From assembly GCA_965228855.1 (NCBI GenBank), contig CBDDIJ010000003.1:2272001-2336000 (forward strand): DNA of 64,000 nt, given 5' to 3'. The notes below the pieces were generated by a model. That model saw only the letters and a program-made list of their open reading frames with translations. It did not search any database and was not told where the DNA came from. The position numbers were made by a program, and so were the translations under genes. This document shows positions 1 to 7,799 of the stretch, in pieces (positions within the stretch are counted from its first letter, which is position 1; every line of letters begins with the position of its first letter). The DNA is from Candidatus Obscuribacterales bacterium. Lineage in GTDB: Bacteria; Cyanobacteriota; Vampirovibrionia; Obscuribacterales; Obscuribacteraceae.

Positions 1-405
1 AGCAGCTTGAATCGACAATCCCATCGACGCGGCTTCAGCAATCTGTTTCTTCAGCAATGAGCGTGGACAGAGCGCCCACGGTTTCTTATCCAGGTCAATC
101 AAATCGCAAATCATCGAAGCTGTTGTACCGACGAACGGAAGCACCGTAAATGTGTCCAAATCTGGTACCATCCGAACTTCACCGACGGCACCTAATCCGG
201 TATCAGACTGCGGTCTGTCCAGCGAATTCATGGCGAGCTGACCCTTGACCAGACCGATGCCCGTATCGATTCGATCCTTGAGCCTCGGCAGAGACGAATT
301 CTTGCCGCGAACCATACTGCAGAAATCAACGTATAAGAATCGTACGAGATTGACGCCAAATTTATTGGCCGTTTCCATTACATCGTCCTTGGTCTTTTTC
401 TGCAT
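1..405 (-). CDS. Glutamine synthetase family protein, N-terminal part (runs off the window edge)
   Basis: Not in the ORF track. Manual translation from ATG at 405: MQKKTKDDVMETANKFGVNLVRFLYVDFCSMVRGK...GEVRMVPDLDTFTVLPF...CDLIDLDKKPWALCPRSLLKKQ. This matches the GS beta-grasp motifs (VRF..VD....RGK; PDL.T...LP; CPR..LK). AGGA SD upstream. Confidence 0.85.
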   Translation of the reverse strand, partial: MQKKTKDDVMETANKFGVNLVRFLYVDFCSMVRGKNSSLPRLKDRIDTGIGLVKGQLAMNSLDRPQSDTGLGAVGEVRMVPDLDTFTVLPFVGTTASMICDLIDLDKKPWALCPRSLLKKQIAEAASMGLSIQAA

Positions 406-645
406 TTTCCTTTGTCCAACTAAATTTTCTTGCCGCGAATTTTCGATCGCGATTTATTCCAGAATACTCGCTGCACACGGCAGTTGCTTGCAATTTTACA
501 GCAGTCAGCGAAATCGATTTCGATTATTAAAACAGGCTGTCAAGGGGCTTTTGGCGTGTTATTCGGTTAGAAACGAGGGAACAATAGTTGTACCAAGGAA
601 GGTTTCTCTCCGGACAAGTTAGTTCCGGTGCTGGTTGGTATTGCT

Positions 646-1179
646 ATGTCTCCGACAAGGATACTCAAAATTTACTACACGGCGACGCTCCTAGCGGGGT
701 TCGCAATGACGATTCCGGTTTCTCACTGGGTCAAACTCGATGAACTCGGCACACGCGGAGCGTTCGGCTTGATCCTCTGCTGGAATGTGTTCTGTTTGAT
801 GATTCTGCCGCTCGTAATCGACTGGGCGGAAAGAAGTTACTTAAAAGCGCGATTCGTCGCCCTCCAAGATATCGCGAAAGACAACCCTGAGCTGGCAGCG
901 GTCATCACCGCACAATGCGAGCGTCTCTCAATAAGCAGTTTGAAGCTGGCCGTCGTCGACACGCCTGCTAGCGAGATGATGTCGTACGGCTTGTGGCGCT
1001 CAAATCCTCGCCTGATCGTTCCTGGCGATTTGTTGAAACCTGAAAATCAGGAAAAGGCAATTCCAAGTGTTGAAGCTGAACTGGCACGATTTATAAAACG
1101 CGACGACAACACAACAATCTATCTAATTTTCGCGGGCTTCGAAGCGATGATGCTCGTATTGCTCGTCTGGCTGACTTAG
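646..1179 (+). CDS. Membrane protein with a degenerate M48/M56 (HtpX/BlaR1-like) peptidase domain
   Basis: Two N-terminal TM segments, then SYGLWRSNPRLIVPGDLL...SVEAELARFIKRDD, resembling HtpX/M56 but with HExxH replaced by AELAR. The ATG start at 646 is preferred over GTG at 628. Confidence 0.55.
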   Translation: MSPTRILKIYYTATLLAGFAMTIPVSHWVKLDELGTRGAFGLILCWNVFCLMILPLVIDWAERSYLKARFVALQDIAKDNPELAAVITAQCERLSISSLKLAVVDTPASEMMSYGLWRSNPRLIVPGDLLKPENQEKAIPSVEAELARFIKRDDNTTIYLIFAGFEAMMLVLLVWLT

Positions 1180-1194
1180 AGCGCGACTGTCTTA

Positions 1195-2793
1195 TTAGTG
1201 TCGCTCTTCTTCGAACATGATCGATTCGAAGATGTCATAGTGGGCACTGTTACGCCAATCTTGAGCTCCAAAGCCGGCTTTACGAGCAAGCTGACTCAAA
1301 GTTTCCTCCAACGTCCAGCCAAATTCCGATGCAACATGCGGGAGAAAAACCGATTGCCGCCCGCGCAGATACATCACAATTCCGTGTTTGCCGATCTCGA
1401 TTTCTTCTTCAGATTGGGCGCGTGTGAGCGGCGTCAAAACGCTGACCTCAATGTCGATATCACTGAGTTCGCTTTCCTTTACCTCAATGAAGCGCGGATC
1501 TTTAGAGCAAGAACCAATTGCATTATCAATCACAGCCTCGATAAGCGGCTTGATTGGCCAGATGTAGCCAATGCAACCACGCAAATCGCGGTCCTCAGGT
1601 GTCCCATCGGCACGAATCCTCTCGCTGCCACCACCGGCGCTACCAGCCGATCTTGGCTTCGGGTTGCCATGTTTGAATAATGTGACAAACGCGCCGAGCG
1701 GTTGCCTCATCGCTGGTGTTATTTCGACACCAGCATCTTCTGCTCTCAAGACCTTTTTCTCGCGAACAAACAGGTCGAGCGCCTGCCGCGCAACAAACAG
1801 CAAGTCGGACTTTTCGATTTCGTTGAGCAACTCTTCTTTGGATAAACCTTTATCAGCTTCCCATGAAGCGGCTCCATCGGCTCCAGTGAAAGCAATAGCT
1901 AGATAGGAAACCGAATTTTCCTTTTCGTCGCTGCTTACATCCATGGATGTTCGATACTGCAGCAACTCTGCCTTGGCGCCGGGCGGCAACATCGATAGTA
2001 GAACTGCTGTCGGATAGAAACCACATATGGTGCATCGAGTCCGGTCGTGAAACTCTAGAAATCCGGGAAGATCAGCATGTTCGAGACAACGGAAAGCCTC
2101 CAGATCTAATTCCTTGACCTTTTCGGGGGCGACTGAAGTGGGGAATGGAACGTAATCATAGCGCGGACCATAGTGAGTAAAATCGGAACTAACGACGACA
2201 AGATCATCCTCATGGATGTAGCGCCGTATTATCTGCCCGACTAAGCGAACATCGCCCGGATCGGTCAAAAGCCCAACTATAAGCGGCACAATCGGCACTT
2301 CACCAAATGCTTTTCGAATAAATGAAAGTTGCAGTTCGAGCGAATGTTCTTTCTGATGAACTTCGCGCGATTCGTCAAACATCGGATACTGCAAGAGAGC
2401 ATCAATTGTCTTTCTGTCGAGAGGCAAGTCACCAAGCGGCGTTTCAAAGCTTTCATCCGGAGTGAGGACAACGCCTTGAAATCCGACATAATGACTCGGC
2501 CCCATCAGGAAGACACGTTTGGGCTTGAATCGTTTTGCAAAACTATAAGCAACCCCGGCAGTGGCACCGGAATAGATATAACCGGCATGCGGAGCGATAA
2601 TCGCATACAGAGCTTGCTTCAAATCGTCGAAATGGGCAGTTGCCGGATTACGTACTAAAACATCCTCGCCAGCGCTAAGATACCCACTCACTTCCTCATC
2701 AAGCGCCTTCGAATTGCCTTCATACCAGGTGCCGGCAAACCGAGTCGGCCGCTTACTACTTCTACCCTTATCTTTTCGGCCGAAAATGTTCAT
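1195..2793 (-). CDS. amrB: AmmeMemoRadiSam protein B (MEMO1-like) fused to protein A (AMMECR1-like)
   Basis: N-terminal AGTWY, APHAGYIYSG, GPSH, EHSLELQL, SSDFTHYG, TICG (MEMO). C-terminal GAFVTL, LRGCIG, DPRF, EVSVLT, FLPHVA, KAG (AMMECR1). Confidence 0.92.
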   Translation of the reverse strand: MNIFGRKDKGRSSKRPTRFAGTWYEGNSKALDEEVSGYLSAGEDVLVRNPATAHFDDLKQALYAIIAPHAGYIYSGATAGVAYSFAKRFKPKRVFLMGPSHYVGFQGVVLTPDESFETPLGDLPLDRKTIDALLQYPMFDESREVHQKEHSLELQLSFIRKAFGEVPIVPLIVGLLTDPGDVRLVGQIIRRYIHEDDLVVVSSDFTHYGPRYDYVPFPTSVAPEKVKELDLEAFRCLEHADLPGFLEFHDRTRCTICGFYPTAVLLSMLPPGAKAELLQYRTSMDVSSDEKENSVSYLAIAFTGADGAASWEADKGLSKEELLNEIEKSDLLFVARQALDLFVREKKVLRAEDAGVEITPAMRQPLGAFVTLFKHGNPKPRSAGSAGGGSERIRADGTPEDRDLRGCIGYIWPIKPLIEAVIDNAIGSCSKDPRFIEVKESELSDIDIEVSVLTPLTRAQSEEEIEIGKHGIVMYLRGRQSVFLPHVASEFGWTLEETLSQLARKAGFGAQDWRNSAHYDIFESIMFEEERH

Positions 2794-2832
2794 CCTGAAG
2801 TCCTATTACCGGCTGCCAGTCTTATGGCATCG

Positions 2833-3348
2833 CTATTCGGGTTTCGGTGGTGGCGCCATCGGATCCATTTTTGTGGTGATGTTCCTATTCGAGTCGCCGT
2901 GCGGATCAGCGTATGACTCAAATATGACTGTAAGCTTGACGCGCTCGCCCGCGCCCGCGGGCAGACTACCCATTGGCTGAGCTTTCGCGAACGCTTCATT
3001 AGCAGCTTGTTCCGCCTGCTGGTTCGAAGGTGCGCTGCTAATACTGAGGTCGGAGGCAATTCCATCCGAGGCAACTGTCGCGGTCAGTGTAACTCGATTT
3101 TTGCCGTCAGCCAGCTCCCAGTACTGATCGAGCTTATCGCGCAAACCCGATAGATAGCTGTTGATCGCAGCGGTATTCAGGTTCGGCCCCCCCTGACGTT
3201 GCGCGGGTTTGGCGGGCGCTTTTTTCTTAGCTTGAGCTAAAGCCGCAAAATTGCAGTTTCCCGTCGGAGACAAAAGGTTGAATCCGGAGACCAGTATCAA
3301 TGAGGACACGGACAGGATACCTTTTCTCAGCAACGCGTTCATCTTCAC
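2833..3348 (-). CDS. Exported TonB C-terminal (TonB_2/TolA-like) domain protein
   Basis: Signal-like N-terminus; YLSGLRDKLDQYW...VTLTATVASDG...SS.....EQAANEAF.KAQPM..LP pattern. Confidence 0.65.
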   Translation of the reverse strand: MKMNALLRKGILSVSSLILVSGFNLLSPTGNCNFAALAQAKKKAPAKPAQRQGGPNLNTAAINSYLSGLRDKLDQYWELADGKNRVTLTATVASDGIASDLSISSAPSNQQAEQAANEAFAKAQPMGSLPAGAGERVKLTVIFESYADPHGDSNRNITTKMDPMAPPPKPE

Positions 3349-3390
3349 TCCTAAATAGAACGAAAACCAATCTTCCTTCAGTTTAACATC

Positions 3391-4596
3391 TTATTTTTGT
3401 CGAAAAATTCCGAACGAAGAGGTATAACCATGCAAATAAGTGTTATTGCCGACCGGACCAATTTCACCATTGCAAAAGAAACCGCCAAGCGGCACCGCTC
3501 CCAAATAATCGCGAAAGCAATCGCTGTCATGATTGGGACGTCCATAGAGATATTCGCCACGCCCCAAGCACGAAAACAGCAGCGCGCCTTTGACACCGTC
3601 TGCGGTTCCGTCCAATTTTTCATCACGATACTTTTTTAGTAGCAAGCGCAAATCATCTGCTGAGGTCGCTGCATCGCGGACGTGAAACTGAACTGTCCGT
3701 GCATCGTCAAGGATTTCACCGACTACCAGCGCACCTGAGTTTTGTTCTATGCCGATGATGTTGCGAACAAGAAAATCTCCAGCTTTTGGCTTTTCATCTG
3801 ATTCTTCCATCACGACGCCGAGAAACATTGCATCTCGGACCAAACCGCGTTCAACCTCGGACAGGTCGTCCATAGTTTTCTTGAGACTCATTATCGCCGG
3901 CTCTCCGTCCAACTCGTAGAGAATATGACGTTTGGATCTTGTGATTTTTAGAGGCTTGCCGATAGGTTTACAGCCTTGCGCCACAACACTATCTACAATT
4001 ATGTTTCCAGTAAACGCAACCCCAACTAGTCCTGAACGCAAAGTGTGATCGTTCAAAAACAAAACATTGCTGCCTGGCTCATTGGCACCACTAGCCAGAC
4101 CACCTATCTTGATTGAGCCGGGGAATGCATAATCCAGACCACGAATTACGTCATCGGAGTGAATCGTAAATGGATCTGGCATGATTATGAAAGCCGGCTT
4201 TTCAGCGGGTTTTACACAGAAGAGATCAATCCAGGAATCAGGTGACGCATCGGAATCAGGAAGTTGCTCTTTGGTTATATGAAACGCGTTTATTCCAACG
4301 TCCGGCAGCGAGGCTGCGGTGAAAGATACGCATGGTTTATGCTCGATCTCCTTGCCACCACCTATGGAGCCACCGGCAGAGCAGCCAATGAACACCTTGG
4401 CTCCGAAAGCTGCTTTCGCAAGATCGGGAACATCATCGAATTGATCGATAAACTGCGGTGCGATAAATCCAATTAACAGATCTGGTTTCTCTATTTCCCG
4501 TTTGATCTGTTTTGCGCACTCATTGATAGCACGTTCGAGTTCATCCGGGCCTCTTCCGAGCCCCTCGGGACCATAGAGTGCCGATGCCCATTTCAT
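3391..4596 (-). CDS. FIST N/C domain protein
   Basis: IGCSAGG, DPF, IGGLASG, VAQGCKPIG, ELDGEPA, FLVRNIIG, QFHVRD, LFSCLGRG, GFFCNGEIGP, LHGYTS. Confidence 0.92.
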   Translation of the reverse strand: MKWASALYGPEGLGRGPDELERAINECAKQIKREIEKPDLLIGFIAPQFIDQFDDVPDLAKAAFGAKVFIGCSAGGSIGGGKEIEHKPCVSFTAASLPDVGINAFHITKEQLPDSDASPDSWIDLFCVKPAEKPAFIIMPDPFTIHSDDVIRGLDYAFPGSIKIGGLASGANEPGSNVLFLNDHTLRSGLVGVAFTGNIIVDSVVAQGCKPIGKPLKITRSKRHILYELDGEPAIMSLKKTMDDLSEVERGLVRDAMFLGVVMEESDEKPKAGDFLVRNIIGIEQNSGALVVGEILDDARTVQFHVRDAATSADDLRLLLKKYRDEKLDGTADGVKGALLFSCLGRGEYLYGRPNHDSDCFRDYLGAVPLGGFFCNGEIGPVGNNTYLHGYTSSFGIFRQK

Positions 4597-4622
4597 TTAT
4601 TTGACCTCTTGCTAAATTTAGT

Positions 4623-6014
4623 CTACTCGGGAGCCGTCATCTTGAACGGATCGAGCAATTCGTCCAGTTGATTCTCGGTCAAGTTTGTCGTCTCAAGGGC
4701 AATCTCACGAACAGTTTTTCCGCTCTCGAAAGCCTGTTTCGAAATTTTCGCGGAAGCATCATATCCGATTGCCGGTACGAGCGCGGTAGACAAAGCCAAT
4801 CCTCGCTCAACTAGTTCAGGACCACGTTCTGTCGCCTTGATACCATCAACACACTGTCGCGCAAAGTTCTCGGCAGCCGAAGCAAGCAGGTTTATCGATT
4901 CCAAAAGATTGTAAGCGGCAACCGGCATCATAACGTTCAACTCAAAATTTCCGGATTGTCCGGCAATTGAAACGGTCGCGTCATTTCCTATGACCTGGGC
5001 TGCCACCATAGCTAGTGACTCAGCAATCACCGGATTGACCTTTCCGGGCATAATCGAACTGCCCGGTTGGACCTCAGGAAGAGCAATCTCGCTGAAGCCG
5101 GCACGAGGACCGCAGCCGAGCCAGCGAATGTCATTTGCTATTTTGATCAAACTGCACGCAACTGTTTTCATCACACCAGACGCGTCAACAACTTCATCCA
5201 AAGTACTTTGAGCTTGGAAATGATTAGTCGTCTCGGTAATCTGATAATCGATCATCTTCGAAAGCTTTTCCAGAACGCGACCGGCGAAATCACTCCTGCT
5301 GTTTATTCCGGTACCGACGGCGGTGCCACCGAGAGCTACCGAACTGAGCCTGGTGAAGGCGTAGACAACCCGTTCGCGGGCGCGCTCGACCTGACCGGCG
5401 TAACCAAGAAATTCCTGCCCAAGCCTTATTGGAGTGGCATCCTGTAAATGTGTCCTGCCGGTTTTAATCACAGGCATGAACTCATCTGACTTCTGACGCA
5501 GACTCTTCTCAAGCAATGTCAGAGCCGGGTGCAAACGTTCTTTCATATCAATAATTGCGGCGACATGAATCGCCGTAGGAATAGAATCGTTCGAACTCAC
5601 GCCTTTATTGACATGGTCGTTCGGATGGACGAGCCCGCGGTCGCCAAGCTTGCCACCCAATATCTCAATAGCCCGGTTAGCAATAACCTCGTTAGCATTC
5701 ATGTTGGTCGAGGTGCCGGAGCCGGTCTGGAAAATGTCAACTGGAAATTCGGAATCGTACTTGCCATCTGCCACTTCCCTGGCGGCCTGCATAATCGCAT
5801 CGGCGTGCTTTGCATCAAGCTCCTGAAGTTCCTTATTAACCTCAGCACAGCAATATTTGATCAACCCCAGCGCGCGAATGAAAGATCTTGAAAAGCGCAA
5901 ATTGGATATCGGAAAGTTCAAAACCGCTCGTTGCGTGCTTGCACCGTAATATGCGTTGCATGGTACCTGCATCTCGCCCATCGAGTCTCGCTCAATTCTT
6001 GTCTTCTCAGCCAT
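4623..6014 (-). CDS. fumC: Class II fumarate hydratase
   Basis: RIERDSMG, FQTGSGTSTNMNANEV, HPNDHVN, KTGRTHLQDATP, GSSIMPGKVNP signature. Start placed at MAEKTR (6014). Confidence 0.95.
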   Translation of the reverse strand: MAEKTRIERDSMGEMQVPCNAYYGASTQRAVLNFPISNLRFSRSFIRALGLIKYCCAEVNKELQELDAKHADAIMQAAREVADGKYDSEFPVDIFQTGSGTSTNMNANEVIANRAIEILGGKLGDRGLVHPNDHVNKGVSSNDSIPTAIHVAAIIDMKERLHPALTLLEKSLRQKSDEFMPVIKTGRTHLQDATPIRLGQEFLGYAGQVERARERVVYAFTRLSSVALGGTAVGTGINSRSDFAGRVLEKLSKMIDYQITETTNHFQAQSTLDEVVDASGVMKTVACSLIKIANDIRWLGCGPRAGFSEIALPEVQPGSSIMPGKVNPVIAESLAMVAAQVIGNDATVSIAGQSGNFELNVMMPVAAYNLLESINLLASAAENFARQCVDGIKATERGPELVERGLALSTALVPAIGYDASAKISKQAFESGKTVREIALETTNLTENQLDELLDPFKMTAPE

Positions 6015-6270
6015 CACAAGTCCCTTGATTACTTTCAAATCGGCGGACACGATCGTAACGCCGCCGGAACGCCCCATTGTGGCAGAATGGAGTCGAGAAT
6101 TCCTGAGATCCGGTCTTGGCCGTTCTCATATATAGGTAGAAGTTATTTTTCTAGATCTCGGACATGCGTCAAGAGCCTGATCGATAGAGCTTTTACATCA
6201 CAAGAGAATGAAACTCACACGCACGCAGTATAAGCTTTGTATATATACTTCATCTCCATTAGCCACCAAA

Positions 6271-6291
6271 GGCGCCACCACTGTAGTCCCA
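6271..6291. promoter_or_regulatory. Conserved 21-bp upstream element of ncRNA copy 1 (GGCGCCACCACTGTAGTCCCA)
   Basis: Identical 21-mer at 6676-6696 upstream of copy 2, while the flanking sequence has diverged. Confidence 0.6.
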
Positions 6292-6367
6292 CCGATCAGT
6301 CATATCGCATATCGCCGAAAACCACTGCACGTCCTGACTTCTTGGCAATATTTACCACGTTAGAATC

Positions 6368-6413
6368 AAATGTCTTATGGGGTACTTCCAATATCTATTC
6401 CAGGTGCTAAACT
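6368..6413 (+). promoter_or_regulatory. Promoter of ncRNA copy 1 (extended -10 TGcTAAACT, upstream GGGGTACTTCCAA)
   Basis: TG at 6405-6406 and TAAACT at 6408-6413. AAATGTCT and GGGGTACTTCCAA blocks are shared with copy 2. Confidence 0.7.
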
Positions 6414-6417
6414 AATG

Positions 6418-6632
6418 ACATAAACGGTGAGCACACACCAAATGGTTGAGTGCGTTGAGCCGAGGGGCCTTACGGAAACGCCAGACGGCGCCGTTCGGAA
6501 ACGGTAGTAAGTGAGCCCGCACCACGCTGACATCTGATGCGCACGTGATGAAATACTGTGCCTTTCGCAAGGGGCACATCAGACAGTAGCTAAAACACCG
6601 CTCGAGAGAAATCTGAGTGGTGTTTTTGTTTG
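6418..6632 (+). ncRNA. Structured non-coding RNA, copy 1 (family not recognised)
   Basis: Near-identical to 6820-7035. No conserved ORF of note. Multiple helices: GCAC/GTGC, GGGC-CTTAC/GTAAG-GCCC, CGCC/GGCG, CCGTT/AACGG, TCTGATG/CATCAGA. Promoter upstream, intrinsic terminator at the 3' end. Confidence 0.8.
6592..6631 (+). terminator. Intrinsic terminator of ncRNA copy 1
   Basis: AAAACACCGCTC-g-AGA-GAAA-TCT-GAGTGGTGTTTT stem with a GAAA loop, followed by a T-rich tail. Confidence 0.8.
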
Positions 6633-6675
6633 CGCGCCCATGAGCATATCGAACGCATATCGAATAGTCACCACC

Positions 6676-6696
6676 GGCGCCACCACTGTAGTCCCA
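6676..6696. promoter_or_regulatory. Conserved 21-bp upstream element of ncRNA copy 2
   Basis: Identical to 6271-6291. Confidence 0.6.
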
Positions 6697-6769
6697 TAGC
6701 CTATTAATGATCTATATTCCGGAAACCGCACAGCAAGCGGATACTGACAATAGCGATTCGAGATCTCTT

Positions 6770-6815
6770 AAATGTCTAAAGGGGTACTTCCAAGATCTCG
6801 CTTCGATGCTATACT
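6770..6815 (+). promoter_or_regulatory. Promoter of ncRNA copy 2 (extended -10 TGcTATACT)
   Basis: TG at 6807-6808 and TATACT at 6810-6815. GGGGTACTTCCAA at 6781-6793 has the same spacing to the -10 as in copy 1. Confidence 0.75.
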
Positions 6816-6819
6816 AATT

Positions 6820-7035
6820 ACATAAACGGTGAGCACACACCAACACGGTTGAGTGCGTTGAGCCGAGGGGCCTTACGGAAACGCCAGACGGCGCCGTTCG
6901 GAAACGGTAGTAAGTGAGCCCGCACCACGCTGACATCTGATGCGCACGTGATGAAATACTGTGCCTTTCGCAAGGGGCACATCAGACAGTAGCTAAAACA
7001 CCGCTCGAGAGAAATCTGAGTGGTGTTTTTGTTTG
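6820..7035 (+). ncRNA. Structured non-coding RNA, copy 2 (family not recognised)
   Basis: Identical to copy 1 except AACAC replaces AAAT in the first hairpin loop. Ends in the same terminator, which faces the convergent response regulator gene. Confidence 0.8.
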
Positions 7036-7086
7036 TGCATTAGTAGCGAGCTTTGAATGTATTCGGAACAAAGTTGCCGCTCGTGT

Positions 7087-7749
7087 CTAAATCAAACCTT
7101 CACGCATGGCTTTGACTGCGGCTTGTGTACGATCGGACACGGCCAGCTTCTCCATGATGTGTCGCATGTGAGTCTTGACAGTCTCGACGCTTAAAACGAG
7201 CTTGTCTGCAATTTCTTGATTGGTAGACCCATCTACGACCAACCGCAATACATCCAGTTCGCGAGATGAAAGTGTAGAGGCTGGGTTTGCTTTTTCATCC
7301 TCTCGGTCTTTGCCACCCGTTCCGATAGAACGCAATACTCGACCTGCAATTCCAGGATCAAGCCAGGCAACTCCCTCAGCAACGGCCTTGATTGCCATAA
7401 CCAATTGCTGTGACGGCGCTTCCTTCAAGCAGTAGCCATCGGCACCTGCAGAGAGCGCAGCAAATACATGACGGTCGTCATCGTGCGAAGTCAACATTAT
7501 GATTCGCTGGTCGGGACTGTCGGTCTTGATCTGTTTAGTCGCCTCAATCCCATTGAGAACCGGAAGTCCAATGTCCATTAACACCACGTTGGGTTTCAAT
7601 GCCAGAGCAGTTGCAACCGCTTCTTGACCATCCTGAGCAACTCCAAGAACCTTGATTCCGTAGTTTGCCTCAAGAATTACCTTGAGACCTACTCGCGCAA
7701 TCTCCTGGTCCTCGACAATCACAACTGATATGCCAGTATCTTCGACCAT
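7087..7749 (-). CDS. NarL/LuxR-family response regulator
   Basis: REC domain (IVED, LMDIGLP, MLTS, YCLK) plus LuxR HTH (LSSRELDVLRLV..G.TNQEIA..L.LSVETVKTH). Confidence 0.95.
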   Translation of the reverse strand: MVEDTGISVVIVEDQEIARVGLKVILEANYGIKVLGVAQDGQEAVATALALKPNVVLMDIGLPVLNGIEATKQIKTDSPDQRIIMLTSHDDDRHVFAALSAGADGYCLKEAPSQQLVMAIKAVAEGVAWLDPGIAGRVLRSIGTGGKDREDEKANPASTLSSRELDVLRLVVDGSTNQEIADKLVLSVETVKTHMRHIMEKLAVSDRTQAAVKAMREGLI

Positions 7750-7799
7750 CTCGACGCTTCCAACCTTCTGAAAACTTCTACCTATCCTAGCACGGCTAC

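Noticed and set aside
245..622. 125-aa plus-strand ORF
   Set aside because: It overlaps the minus-strand glutamine-synthetase-family gene (1-405) and its upstream region and has no recognisable motifs.
6281..6291. CTGTAGTCCCA resembling the 7SL/Alu sequence
   Set aside because: An 11-nt match with no other SRP features, consistent with chance.
6534..6553. Hammerhead-like CTGATG...GAAA
   Set aside because: The core should be CUGAUGA with a stem II before GAAA. Here it reads CUGAUGC, and CTGATG is better explained as pairing with CATCAG.
6548..6589. Short ORF MKYCAFRKGHIRQ inside the duplicated RNA
   Set aside because: No SD sequence, it lies within strong helices, and identical copies give no coding signal. 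Ribo-seq would be needed to exclude it fully.
6418..7035. Duplicated element interpreted as a CRISPR array, IS/MITE, 6S RNA or tRNA
   Set aside because: There are only two long copies with no spacer pattern, no terminal inverted repeats, target duplication or transposase, no 5'-3' rod pairing and no cloverleaf.
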